DNA of 64,000 nucleotides from an uncultured bacterium (GTDB lineage Bacteria; Muiribacteriota; Ozemobacteria; Ozemobacterales; Ozemobacteraceae): NCBI GenBank assembly GCA_964596185.1, contig CAZQUE010000001.1, positions 6,545 to 70,544 of the forward strand, read 5' to 3'. Shown piece by piece: positions 1 to 8,981 of this stretch (position 1 is its first letter; each line of letters starts with the position of its first letter). The notes under the pieces were generated by a model. It saw only the letters and a program-made list of their open reading frames with translations, ran no database searches and was not told where the DNA came from. The position numbers and the translations under genes were made by a program.

Positions 1-516
1 CGCTTCAGACCTACGCGTGGGCTTCACGACTCATTCTGGGTTGAAACTACTGGCGGTCTTTTGAAGGGTCCGAATCAGTATACCAAGTATATGTTGGCCT
101 TGCGTCGATATATCGCGGTTTCACAAAACAGAAAAACCGTCATTGCCATTCAGGCGGTTGGTGGTCAGACAACCATCGGCGATGGTTTCGTTCCGATTTA
201 CGACATGTTTTCAATTGGTGGCAGTAACACGGTAAGAGGTTATGAAGAACGCGAATTCCTCGGAACCAAGGTCGCTTATGGCAACCTCGAACTCCGTCAG
301 AATTTTGGTAAAAACTTCGATGCCGTATTGTTTTACGATCTTGGCAGCGCCTGGGGCACTGATTATGACCGTAAGAAACTCAGTTTTGACTTGAAACAGG
401 GCTTTGGCGTAGGTATCAGGTTGCAGACTCCGCTTGGACCGGTGGCTTTGGATTATGGTAAAGCTTCCGACCGTGGCGATGGCATGACCTATATCAACTT
501 TGGTTCTTCATTTTAA
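1..516 (+). CDS. bamA: Outer membrane protein assembly factor BamA (Omp85), C-terminal beta-barrel part. The reading frame is open from nt 1, so the 5' end lies upstream of the window.
   Basis: Frame 1 has no stop from position 1. The C-terminal motif ...GVGIRLQTPLGPVALDYGKA...INFGSSF (terminal aromatic) is typical of the Omp85 barrel end. It is followed by skp-lpxD-lpxC/fabZ-lpxA, the canonical bamA neighbourhood. Confidence 0.75.
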   Translation, partial: RFRPTRGLHDSFWVETTGGLLKGPNQYTKYMLALRRYIAVSQNRKTVIAIQAVGGQTTIGDGFVPIYDMFSIGGSNTVRGYEEREFLGTKVAYGNLELRQNFGKNFDAVLFYDLGSAWGTDYDRKKLSFDLKQGFGVGIRLQTPLGPVALDYGKASDRGDGMTYINFGSSF

Positions 517-552
517 TCAATTTCAGAAAAAAGTTTAAGGAGAGCAATTCCG

Positions 553-1119
553 ATGAAAAAACAGATGTTAAAGCTTTTACTGGCCGCCGGCCTTTTTGTC
601 AGTCCGGTACTGGCCTCTGCTGCCGAATTTGGAGTGGTTGACGCCGCTAAAATTTTCAATAAATATAATGAAACTCAAAAAACCAAACAGGCGCTTGAGT
701 CTCAAAAAGAAAAACTTCAAAAAGAGCTTGAAGCCAAAAAGGCCGCTGTTCAGAAACTCGATGAAGAATATGTGACAACAGCCAAGAAGATGCAGGAATT
801 GCGGGATTCCAAAAAGGAAGCCGAAGCCTCTAAGCTTGAGGGGTCACTTAAGGATCTGCGTGCGAAGCTTGCTAAAGAAACCGGCGAACTCGAAAAATTC
901 TTTAAAGAATCTCAGCAGAGACTTTATGAAATGGAAGAAAAAGAAATGGGAGCCTTGTCAAAAGCACTTGATGAAAGAGTTGACAAGGTTATCAAACAGG
1001 TAGCGACCAAACACAAAATCAAAGCCGTATTTGAAAAAAGATTTTTCTATTATGGTGATGAAAATGCTGTGAAAGACATTACCGAAGAAGTTCTAGCCGG
1101 TCTCAACAAAAGCAAATAA
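553..1119 (+). CDS. skp: OmpH/Skp-like periplasmic chaperone
   Basis: 188 aa with an N-terminal signal peptide (MKKQMLKLLLAAGLFVSPVLASA) and a highly charged coiled-coil K/E-rich body. It sits between bamA and lpxD as in many diderms. Confidence 0.6.
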   Translation: MKKQMLKLLLAAGLFVSPVLASAAEFGVVDAAKIFNKYNETQKTKQALESQKEKLQKELEAKKAAVQKLDEEYVTTAKKMQELRDSKKEAEASKLEGSLKDLRAKLAKETGELEKFFKESQQRLYEMEEKEMGALSKALDERVDKVIKQVATKHKIKAVFEKRFFYYGDENAVKDITEEVLAGLNKSK

Positions 1120-1130
1120 ATTAACCGAAA

Positions 1131-1161
1131 GCAGATACCTGCCGAAGGTATCTGCTTTTTG
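1131..1161 (+). terminator. Rho-independent terminator after skp
   Basis: Stem GCAGATACC / GGTATCTGC with loop TGCCGAA, followed by TTTTT. Confidence 0.5.
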
Positions 1162-1167
1162 CTGTCT

Positions 1168-2217
1168 ATGAAAAAACATTCTCAAAAAACAATATCGTTA
1201 GGTCAACTGGCTCAGTTGATGCAGGGGCAGGTAGATCGGCAGCCAGAGCTGATGATTAGCGGAATTGCGCCGATCAATGAAGCCGGGTCCGGTCAAATAA
1301 CCTTTCTTTCAGGCGCGAAGAATTATCAGCAGCATCTTGAAAACTTGAAAAGCTGTCTGGCTTCAGCGGTAATTGCTGCAGTTGAAGCTCCTGAACTGGA
1401 TTTGCCGACAATTCGAGTGAAGAATCCATATTATGGCCTGGTGCGGGCATTAGAGTTCTTTCATCCGGTCGAGCGCCCTAAATGTGGAATTCATCCGACT
1501 GCTTATGTCAGTGAGAATGCCAAAGTTGCTGAAAATGCGATTATAGAGGCAAATGCCGTAGTTGAAGATGGCGCGGAGGTAGGTTCTGGAAGCTGGATCG
1601 GAGCTCAGGCGCTGGTTGGCCGAAAGTCCCGGGTTGGCGATGATACGAGAATTTTTTCTGGAGTTCGAATTCTCGACGGTTGTGAAGTTGGCTCAAGATG
1701 TGTGATTCATGCAAATGCTGTTCTTGGCAGTGATGGTTTCGGATTTACTCCGCACGCGGGCATGCAGCTAAAAGTGCCACAAATCGGCAATGTTATCGTT
1801 GAAGACGACGTCGAAATCGGGGCCTGCGTAACCGTAGACCGAGGAACCATGGGGCCAACCATCATTGGTCATGGGACAAAAATCGACAATATGGTTCATA
1901 TCGCTCACAATGTGGTGATAGGGAAAAACTGTACCATAGTGGCTCAGGTAGGAATTTCCGGGAGTACTATTATCGAAGACAATGTGACCTTGGCCGGTCA
2001 GGTTGGAACTGTTGGCCATGTTCGCATTGGTCATGATACTGTAGTTGCAGCTCGCGGGGTTGTAACCGCTGATGTTGAGCCGGGAAGTTTCGTTTCCGGT
2101 TTCCCCATAAAGCCTCACCAGGAGGAGCGAAGAATTCTGGCGGCCCTACGAAAATTACCTGAGCTTGTGAAAAAAGTGCGGGATCTTGAGAAGAAATCTT
2201 CAATAAAGGAAGAATGA
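1168..2217 (+). CDS. lpxD: UDP-3-O-(3-hydroxyacyl)glucosamine N-acyltransferase LpxD
   Basis: Left-handed beta-helix hexapeptide repeats throughout with an LpxD-like N-terminal domain. The first ATG is at 1168 (MKKHSQ...). The ORF track begins at a TTG at 1159 that lies inside the upstream terminator. Confidence 0.85.
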   Translation: MKKHSQKTISLGQLAQLMQGQVDRQPELMISGIAPINEAGSGQITFLSGAKNYQQHLENLKSCLASAVIAAVEAPELDLPTIRVKNPYYGLVRALEFFHPVERPKCGIHPTAYVSENAKVAENAIIEANAVVEDGAEVGSGSWIGAQALVGRKSRVGDDTRIFSGVRILDGCEVGSRCVIHANAVLGSDGFGFTPHAGMQLKVPQIGNVIVEDDVEIGACVTVDRGTMGPTIIGHGTKIDNMVHIAHNVVIGKNCTIVAQVGISGSTIIEDNVTLAGQVGTVGHVRIGHDTVVAARGVVTADVEPGSFVSGFPIKPHQEERRILAALRKLPELVKKVRDLEKKSSIKEE

Positions 2218-2849
2218 TGAGATATTTCTGGCAAAGAGCGATTGTTGTGGGTTTGTTGCTCGTTATTATTCTGCCCGCTATCGCAGGAGCGCAGGCTAAT
2301 CCCAGGCGCTTTCACTATATGGGAACTTCTGTATTCAACATGCCTACAGGCTTTACCAGGTCAGCCATGTGCTACATCAACGATGGCGGTCATTCGGCAG
2401 CTTTGTTTTCTCAGGCGTTGATGGCCAATTTCATTGAAGTTTCGATGCTTAGACATATGAACGGTGCCGAAAGTGGCAAAAATGTATTGAATTTCAAAGT
2501 AAAAGCCATTGAGGAAGACCTTGTAATTCCAAGCATTGTCTGGGGTGTTTCCGATGTTAATACCCAGCTTGGTTCGAAAATTTTCTATTTTGCCGCTTCC
2601 AAATCGATCGAAACTTTTGGAGTTACGCTACATGCCGGAATTTACAAAGATCCTGTGACTACCGAGAGAAAAAACTTTTTTGCCTTTGAAAAAATGGTTT
2701 TTCCTTTAGTGACAATTGGTGCAGAAAGAAACGATGATATCGATACTTTTGGCATAAAGCTGAGTCCTTATCCAGGCTTGAGTCTGGAAATCGCCCAAAG
2801 AGATCGCAAAGAAGAAATTTACAACCTCAATTATTTCAGGTCATATTAG
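2214..2849 (+). CDS. Hypothetical exported protein, possibly a small outer-membrane beta-barrel; inserted between lpxD and lpxC-fabZ.
   Basis: 211 aa with a hydrophobic N-terminal signal-like segment (VVGLLLVIILPAIAGAQA) and alternating hydrophobic pattern. The C-terminal residues are ...NLNYFRSY with a terminal aromatic. The start overlaps the lpxD stop (ATGA). No recognisable catalytic motif. Confidence 0.4.
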   Translation: MMRYFWQRAIVVGLLLVIILPAIAGAQANPRRFHYMGTSVFNMPTGFTRSAMCYINDGGHSAALFSQALMANFIEVSMLRHMNGAESGKNVLNFKVKAIEEDLVIPSIVWGVSDVNTQLGSKIFYFAASKSIETFGVTLHAGIYKDPVTTERKNFFAFEKMVFPLVTIGAERNDDIDTFGIKLSPYPGLSLEIAQRDRKEEIYNLNYFRSY

Positions 2850-2852
2850 TTC

Positions 2853-4139
2853 ATGCGCGAAAATCAGTATACTATTGCTGAGCCGATAAAACTCGAAGGC
2901 ATAGGTCTTCATACCGGCAAACCGGTCGTTCTTTCGTTCAAGCCGGCTAAGGCCAACTCTGGTATTTCATTCGTTCGTACCGATCTGCCAGGGCGCCCTT
3001 TTATCAAAGCATGTCTTGATAATGTCGTCGCTACTAATCGAGGTACTGTTTTACGGCAAAATGAAGCACAGGTTCACACGGTTGAACATGTGCTTGCCGC
3101 AGTTTCCGGAAGTGGTATCGATAATATCGAAATAGAGTTGTCCAGTGAGGAACCTCCGGCTGGAGATGGCAGTGCGAGCCTTTTCATCGATTTACTCAAA
3201 ACGGCGGGCCGAAAATCACTGGAAGAGCACAGAGAAGTCATTAGGCTCGACCATTCCTTCTGGCATAAGGATGGCGATAAATTCATGGCTTATTTGCCTT
3301 CTGACAAGCTTGAAATTAGCTTTTATCTCGATTATAACAATGGTTTGCTCGATCCTCAGAGCACCAGAGTTGAAATAGATCAGCAGACTTTTACCACGCG
3401 AATTGGCCGCGCCAGAACCTTCGGCTTCGAATATGAATTTGAAATGCTTGCAGCCAACAATCTGGCTCGCGGTGGCAGTCTCGATAACGCTATAGTTATC
3501 GGTAATGATGGTAAAGTTCAGAATGAAGGTGGATTAAGAGATCCGCAGGAATTTGTTTTGCATAAAATTTTAGACTTTGTCGGAGATTTTTCGCTTCTTG
3601 GAAAGAGAGTTACCGGGCATTTTATCGCAGAAAAAACCGGTCATGGTTTCAATGTAAAATTTGCCCGAATGCTTAGGGAAAAATTCTGCCAGAGCCAGTC
3701 AAGAAAGGATTCCAGTATGATGTATATCCAAGATATAAAAGAGGTTCTGCCGCATCGTTACCCGTTTCTTCTCGTAGATCGGATTCTGTCGATCGTGCCT
3801 GGTGAATCAATCGTCGGCATTAAAAACGTCACCGCCAATGAAGAATTTTTTAATGGGCATTTTCCGCAAAAGCCGGTAATGCCAGGTGTGTTGATCGTTG
3901 AGGCTATGGCGCAGGTGGCGGGAGTTCTTTTTTTGTCGCAGCCTGAAAACAAAGGCAAGGTTCCTTTCTTTTGTGGAATTGATAAAGTCAGATTCCGACG
4001 CCCGGTTGTGCCTGGAGATCGTCTTGAATTCTCGGTAAAAGTTTTGAAAGTTCGTGGAAATACTGGTAAGGTAGAGGCTGAAGCCAGAGTTGATGGCGAG
4101 TTGGTTACCGGTGGCGAACTGATGTTTCAGCTGGTCTGA
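2853..4139 (+). CDS. lpxC/fabZ: Bifunctional UDP-3-O-acyl-GlcNAc deacetylase / 3-hydroxyacyl-ACP dehydratase (LpxC-FabZ fusion)
   Basis: The N-terminal roughly 280 aa has LpxC hallmarks (IGLHTGKPV..., HTVEHVLAA..., HxxxD-type region). The C-terminal roughly 140 aa is a FabZ hotdog domain ([13 protein letters not shown]..., [19 protein letters not shown]). Confidence 0.85.
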   Translation: MRENQYTIAEPIKLEGIGLHTGKPVVLSFKPAKANSGISFVRTDLPGRPFIKACLDNVVATNRGTVLRQNEAQVHTVEHVLAAVSGSGIDNIEIELSSEEPPAGDGSASLFIDLLKTAGRKSLEEHREVIRLDHSFWHKDGDKFMAYLPSDKLEISFYLDYNNGLLDPQSTRVEIDQQTFTTRIGRARTFGFEYEFEMLAANNLARGGSLDNAIVIGNDGKVQNEGGLRDPQEFVLHKILDFVGDFSLLGKRVTGHFIAEKTGHGFNVKFARMLREKFCQSQSRKDSSMMYIQDIKEVLPHRYPFLLVDRILSIVPGESIVGIKNVTANEEFFNGHFPQKPVMPGVLIVEAMAQVAGVLFLSQPENKGKVPFFCGIDKVRFRRPVVPGDRLEFSVKVLKVRGNTGKVEAEARVDGELVTGGELMFQLV

Positions 4140-4162
4140 CCTGAATCCGAAGGGAGAAAACA

Positions 4163-4969
4163 ATGTCTGTACATCCTATGGCCGTCGTCGCTCCAGAAGC
4201 AAAGTTACACCCCACAGTAAAAGTTGGTCCTTTTACAGTCATTGGCCCAAATGTTGAAATTGGTGAAAATACCATTATTGGTCCCAATTGCACCATTGAC
4301 GGACACACAACCATTGGTAAAAACAATGTTTTGTCGCCGTCGGTTAATATCGGCCAACCGCCCCAGGACCTGAAATTCAAAGGCGAGAAGTCTTTCGTCA
4401 AAATAGGAGATGGAAACCATTTCCGAGAATGCGTAACTGTTCATCTTGCCGAAGGTGAAGGAAATTCAACCATTATAGGCGATAATAACCTTTTTATGGC
4501 TTATGTGCACATTGCTCACAATTGTAAAGTCGGCAGCAATACCATCATGTCAAATTGCTCTACTCTGGCTGGACACGTAGAAGTCGGTGACCGAGCAGTT
4601 CTTGGCGGATTTACCGGCATTCATCAGTTTTGTAAAGTCGGTTGCATGGTTATGGTCGGCGGTATGAGTAAAATTGTTAAAGATGTTCCACCCTTCATAA
4701 AGATTGATGGGAATCCGGCTCGCGTTATCGGTTTGAATGCCGTTGGTCTGCGCCGTAATGATGTTTCAAAAGAATCTATTGCCAATATTCGCCAGCTTTT
4801 CAAGGTCTTTTTCAGATCTGACATGAACGTATCCCAGGTTATTGAAAAATGGGATTCACTTGTTGATGCCAATGATGAGCAGGTGAAAAAATTCCGTGCC
4901 TTTATCGAAAACTCGAAGCGTGGAGTTTATAAACGTACTCGAAAGTCAGGCGGGTCTTCAGAAGATTGA
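4163..4969 (+). CDS. lpxA: Acyl-ACP--UDP-N-acetylglucosamine O-acyltransferase LpxA
   Basis: MSVHPMAVVAP-type N-terminus, hexapeptide-repeat LbH body, LpxA-type C-terminal helical domain. Adjacent to lpxC/fabZ. Confidence 0.85.
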   Translation: MSVHPMAVVAPEAKLHPTVKVGPFTVIGPNVEIGENTIIGPNCTIDGHTTIGKNNVLSPSVNIGQPPQDLKFKGEKSFVKIGDGNHFRECVTVHLAEGEGNSTIIGDNNLFMAYVHIAHNCKVGSNTIMSNCSTLAGHVEVGDRAVLGGFTGIHQFCKVGCMVMVGGMSKIVKDVPPFIKIDGNPARVIGLNAVGLRRNDVSKESIANIRQLFKVFFRSDMNVSQVIEKWDSLVDANDEQVKKFRAFIENSKRGVYKRTRKSGGSSED

Positions 4970-4984
4970 TTTGACCTGGTCAAA

Positions 4985-5026
4985 GACTGCCGCCGGCTTT
5001 ATCTCATGCCGGCGGCAGTTTTTTTA
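4985..5026 (+). terminator. Rho-independent terminator after lpxA
   Basis: GACTGCCGCCGGC ... GCCGGCGGCAGT inverted repeat followed by TTTTTTT. Confidence 0.55.
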
Positions 5027-5775
5027 TGCTAAAGTGGTCACAGAGGTTGTTTTTGATGGGAATAATTTCTGATCTTATTTCTGCATTTATGCCGTTTCGC
5101 TGCCATGTCTGTTCTGAATCGACATCGCCCGGGACAGTTCTGTGCCCCGGGTGTTTCAATCGATTAAATAAATCTTTAAACAAGCCGGTCGAAGTTTTTG
5201 ACACTGTTTGCGAATTTCCGGTCTTTACCCTGAGCGAGTATGATTCTTTCGTAGCCGATGTTATAAAACTGATAAAATACCGACCTTCGAAAAAGTTGCC
5301 CGACTATTTTGCCCGCATTATCAGAGAGAGGAAGCTTTTACAGGATTTTTTTCCCGGGGAAAAGATCTTTATTCCAGTGCCGATGCACAAAAGCAGATTG
5401 CAGGAGCGCGGCTTCAATCAGGCGGAAATGTTTGCCCAGGCAATGGCTGATGCTGGTAAGGCCCACTTCTCTCCGGCTTTGGTGAGAATTCGTTCAACAA
5501 TTCCCCAGGCAAGTTGCTCGGAAGAAGAGCGCCTGGTTAATCTCGACCAGGCGATAGAACTTGCCGGCGGCCTGGATTTGCAAAGTTTTTCCGGCAAAAA
5601 GCTGATTCTTGTCGATGACGTTGCAACTACCGGAACCACATTGCGGCAATGCTGGCTAAAACTAAGGGATTTGCGACCTGCAGGAATTTATGCGCTGGTG
5701 CTATCTCATTCCTTTAAAAAGAAAGATCGTCCTGATAACGCTTCTGAATTTGACAAGAGAAGAAAAGAGATTTAG
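5026..5775 (+). CDS. comFC: ComF-family protein (double zinc-ribbon plus phosphoribosyltransferase domain)
   Basis: Cys pairs CHVC...CPGC at the N-terminus and a PRTase motif (LILVDDVATTGTTL) at the C-terminus. The position directly upstream of flgM mirrors the B. subtilis comF-flgM arrangement. The true start may be a downstream ATG because the terminator abuts 5026. Confidence 0.6.
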   Translation: MLKWSQRLFLMGIISDLISAFMPFRCHVCSESTSPGTVLCPGCFNRLNKSLNKPVEVFDTVCEFPVFTLSEYDSFVADVIKLIKYRPSKKLPDYFARIIRERKLLQDFFPGEKIFIPVPMHKSRLQERGFNQAEMFAQAMADAGKAHFSPALVRIRSTIPQASCSEEERLVNLDQAIELAGGLDLQSFSGKKLILVDDVATTGTTLRQCWLKLRDLRPAGIYALVLSHSFKKKDRPDNASEFDKRRKEI

Positions 5776-5795
5776 AATAACTTTGTAAATTTAGC

Positions 5796-5823
5796 TAAAT
5801 GAACCCGCTTGATCGTCCGATAT
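5796..5823 (+). promoter_or_regulatory. Candidate sigma-28 (FliA/SigD-type) promoter for flgM
   Basis: CTAAA followed by 17 nt then CCGATAT (TAAA-N15/16-GCCGATAA-like). It shares the extended element TTTAGCTAAAT with the flgK promoter. Confidence 0.4.
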
Positions 5824-5898
5824 TCAATTTTGGAGGCGTCCCCCGCTTTCAAAAGACAAACAAAATGGGGGAGACGTTCAAGGGAGTCAGGAGGAACC

Positions 5899-6279
5899 AT
5901 GAAGGTTTCCAATATCAATGTAACTAGTATCTATCAGGACCAGGTTAAGAAAGCCAAAGGCGAAAAGGTTGACGGCGAATTCGGCAAAATGATGCAGGAT
6001 TCAGCAGGGAAAACCGAGAACCAGGCCAAGGTTTTCCACCCACCCAGCGGCATCAACCCCAATAACCCGATTTTGTCAGGTGCGCCGGTAGCGCAGGCTG
6101 ACCCGGTTGAAACGGTTAAATTCGCTGCTGAAGTCGTAGCAGGCGAACCAGATGTTCGAGCGGAGAAAGTCGATCGAATTAAAAAGCTGTTTGAAGCTGG
6201 GCAATATAACGTCCCCGCGGAAGCAGTAGCTGAAAGACTTTGGGCCAGCGGCGTCATAACAAGCTCATGGGAGGGATGA
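5899..6279 (+). CDS. flgM: Anti-sigma-28 factor FlgM
   Basis: The C-terminal region (AEKVDRIKKLFEAGQYNVPAEAVAERL) matches the FlgM signature domain. The ATG at 5899 follows a GGAGGAAC RBS. Lies upstream of flgN-flgK-flgL. Confidence 0.7.
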   Translation: MKVSNINVTSIYQDQVKKAKGEKVDGEFGKMMQDSAGKTENQAKVFHPPSGINPNNPILSGAPVAQADPVETVKFAAEVVAGEPDVRAEKVDRIKKLFEAGQYNVPAEAVAERLWASGVITSSWEG

Positions 6280-6286
6280 CCTCCTT

Positions 6287-6769
6287 TTGAAGGCAACTGT
6301 TGACCAGCTGAAAGTCATTCTCGAAGAGGAGCTGAACGTCTATCAGCAGCTTTTGCGCCTTGCCGGCGAAAAGAAGAAGCTGTTGCTGGAGAAGTTTTCG
6401 ACTGAGCTGCAGACTATCGTGAGTCAGGAAGAAATTCTTGTGCAGCGTTTGATCGAACTTGAACCTCAGCGTCGAGAATGTGTTTTGAAGATAACCGGAA
6501 GTCAGGAAGCCAGTCTCGATGAAGCCGTTGAAGTCGTCAGTGAGGACGATGGCAAATCAGACCTGTGGATGACCGGATCGCAGCTGCGAGATGTTGTTGC
6601 CCAGATCAAAAAAGCGAATGATGAAAATCAGCGTTTGCTGGAGCAGGCGTTGGAACTGACCCAATACTCAATCAAGCTTATTACCCGCGCTCCGAAAGAT
6701 GTGACCTACGGAGCGACTGGAACCCAGACAACCAAAAAAGGCTTTTCACTGATCGATCGAAAAGCCTGA
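6287..6769 (+). CDS. flgN: FlgN-like flagellar export chaperone
   Basis: 160 aa, all-helical, with an N-terminus resembling FlgN (LEEELNVYQQLLRLAGEKKKLLL). TTG start after a GGGAGGGA RBS. Sits between flgM and flgK. Confidence 0.55.
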   Translation: MKATVDQLKVILEEELNVYQQLLRLAGEKKKLLLEKFSTELQTIVSQEEILVQRLIELEPQRRECVLKITGSQEASLDEAVEVVSEDDGKSDLWMTGSQLRDVVAQIKKANDENQRLLEQALELTQYSIKLITRAPKDVTYGATGTQTTKKGFSLIDRKA

Positions 6770-6843
6770 GTTTGAAAAAAGCCTTTTACCAGGCCTGTTG
6801 CTGCTTACTGCGGCAAGGTTTGGTAGAAGGTTTTTATTTTAGC

Positions 6844-6871
6844 TAAATTAAGCTGTAGTAATCGCCGATAA
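6844..6871 (+). promoter_or_regulatory. Candidate sigma-28 promoter for flgK-flgL-fliW-csrA
   Basis: TAAA followed by 16 nt then GCCGATAA, preceded by the same TTTAGCTAAAT element as at flgM. Confidence 0.55.
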
Positions 6872-6946
6872 AGATAGTAGGGAAAAAATATTTTCTCCAG
6901 ATGGCATCAAAAAGCATATAAGCCATCAACTATAAGGAGGCCGGCG

Positions 6947-8947
6947 ATGACTGGTTCATTTTTCGGGCTGCAGATCGGCAAATCTGCAATTTTCACCCAG
7001 CGCAAAGCGATGGATGTTACATCGCACAACATTGCCAATGCCAATACAGAAGGCTATTCCAGGCAACGCGCGGTAATCGAAGCTTCTCGACCATACATGA
7101 TTTCCAGCTTGGTGACACCAGTTTCAGCCCAACAGATTGGTACCGGTTCTACGGTTGCCAAAATCCAGCAGTTTCGCGACGAATTCATCGATGCCAAAAT
7201 TACTGATGAAACCTCGGCGTTGAACTGGAATACCACTGCTGACAGTCTTTTGAAAGAGATTGAAGCCATTCTGAACGAGCCTGGAGACGCCACCTTGCGT
7301 GACCAGCTCGATAAATATTGGGCCGCCTGGGAAACTCTATCCACTGACGCTTCAAATACAGCTTTGAGAAGAAATCTTCTCGAAGAAACGCAGACTCTTA
7401 TTGAGAGCTTCAAGGAAATCGATTCGCAATTGCGCTATCTGAAAGGCACTCCGGGTTATTGTGCGACCGGCAGTATCGAAAATCAGGTTCAGGATACGGT
7501 TAAAGAAATAAACAATCTGGCCAATCTGATTGCTGATCTCAATCGCCAGATCGGGCGCTCTGAAACGAACGTGAACAATGCCAACGATCTGCGTGATCAG
7601 CGACAACTGGCTTTGGAAAAGCTTGCGGCCCTGGTTAATGTCGACTCTTTTTATAACGAAAATGATGTTCTGACAATCAATGTTGGTGCGCACACCCTGG
7701 TGCAGGATATAACCGTTCATGAGCTTAGCGTAGTGGTAAAAAATGGTGAAAGCGCCAGCAGCATTGCGGGATCGGCAACTTATCCAGAACTTTCCGACAA
7801 TGCCGAAGTCGCTACTGCTTCATTGCAATATACTGCTGAACAGCGAAACATCACTCTAACAGTTTCGCAACTTGCGCAGGCTCACGAACAGTATTCCTTT
7901 CTGACCTTTCATCCACTGAACGGACCGCTTTCAAATTTTGGTGTCACCAGCGGCAGTTTTTATGTAAATGGTCGTGAATTTTTTATTGATGCAGAAAACA
8001 CCGATATGAACGGTCTGGCTAAAATGCTTGATGAAGCCAATCTGAATATCGATGCTTTTATCAATGAAGCAGGCCAGCTCGAACTCAAGTCAACCCACAC
8101 CGGATCAGAATATCAGATAACTTCTTCAGACGGCACCAGCAATCTGATTACGGTAATGAATCTGCAGACCAACAAGGCGGCTCAGGATGCCCGGTTCAAT
8201 TTTGGTGGCCAGGAATACTATTCCTCAAAGAACGTTGTTACCGATGCAATTGAAGGCGTTACTCTTTATTTGAACGACACAGGTGTTGCCAACCTTGACC
8301 TGCGCCCAATCGTAACCAGCGGTACTTTAAAGGGCTTGCTGGAAGTTAGGGATGGAGTTATTGACGCCACTTTGGCTGACCTGAATAAGCTTGCATATAC
8401 TCTGGCAACTGAAACCAACCAGATTCATCGCACCGGCTACGGACTTGATGGTCAGACCGGTCGCAATTACTTTGCTGCATTTACTTCCGTTGATGTTAAC
8501 AATCCTTATAAAGATTACATTCAGAGCATGTCGCTGAGTGACTCTGTTGCGAATAATATTGAGAAAATCGCAGCCGCTGGTGGCACCATCGAACATCCGA
8601 CCGACAGGTTACGCACTTACAATGGCGATGGTGACGGTTCGAATGCCATAAAAATCGCCCAATTGAAATTTGAAAGCTTTTTCAATGAGGGTAAGTCGAA
8701 TTTTAACGATTATTACAATGAGATGATTACTGAAGTAGCCACGATAAGCGAACGCTACGAACACGAAGCGGAATACAGCAACAGTCTAATGACTCAGCTC
8801 GATGCCAAACGTGCCGAATTGTCGGGGGTTTCTCTTGATGAAGAACTTGCGAATCTTATCAGGTTTCAACATGCCTACAATGCGGCAGCAAAAGTAATTA
8901 CGACGGTTGATGAAATGCTCGACAAAATCATCAACGGAATGATTTAA
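6947..8947 (+). CDS. flgK: Flagellar hook-associated protein 1 FlgK
   Basis: Canonical FlgK N-terminus (MTGSFFGLQIGKSAIFTQRKAMDVTSHNIANANTEGYSRQ) and a conserved C-terminal helical segment. AAGGAGG RBS. Confidence 0.9.
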   Translation: MTGSFFGLQIGKSAIFTQRKAMDVTSHNIANANTEGYSRQRAVIEASRPYMISSLVTPVSAQQIGTGSTVAKIQQFRDEFIDAKITDETSALNWNTTADSLLKEIEAILNEPGDATLRDQLDKYWAAWETLSTDASNTALRRNLLEETQTLIESFKEIDSQLRYLKGTPGYCATGSIENQVQDTVKEINNLANLIADLNRQIGRSETNVNNANDLRDQRQLALEKLAALVNVDSFYNENDVLTINVGAHTLVQDITVHELSVVVKNGESASSIAGSATYPELSDNAEVATASLQYTAEQRNITLTVSQLAQAHEQYSFLTFHPLNGPLSNFGVTSGSFYVNGREFFIDAENTDMNGLAKMLDEANLNIDAFINEAGQLELKSTHTGSEYQITSSDGTSNLITVMNLQTNKAAQDARFNFGGQEYYSSKNVVTDAIEGVTLYLNDTGVANLDLRPIVTSGTLKGLLEVRDGVIDATLADLNKLAYTLATETNQIHRTGYGLDGQTGRNYFAAFTSVDVNNPYKDYIQSMSLSDSVANNIEKIAAAGGTIEHPTDRLRTYNGDGDGSNAIKIAQLKFESFFNEGKSNFNDYYNEMITEVATISERYEHEAEYSNSLMTQLDAKRAELSGVSLDEELANLIRFQHAYNAAAKVITTVDEMLDKIINGMI

Positions 8948-8981
8948 GCGTTTACAGAAAGATAATCAGGAGGCAACCTGA

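Noticed and set aside
61-516. The 151-aa ORF from the track, read as a complete small gene.
   Set aside because: The frame is open back to nt 1 and the sequence is the conserved C-terminal end of a BamA barrel. It is the 3' end of a gene that starts outside the window.
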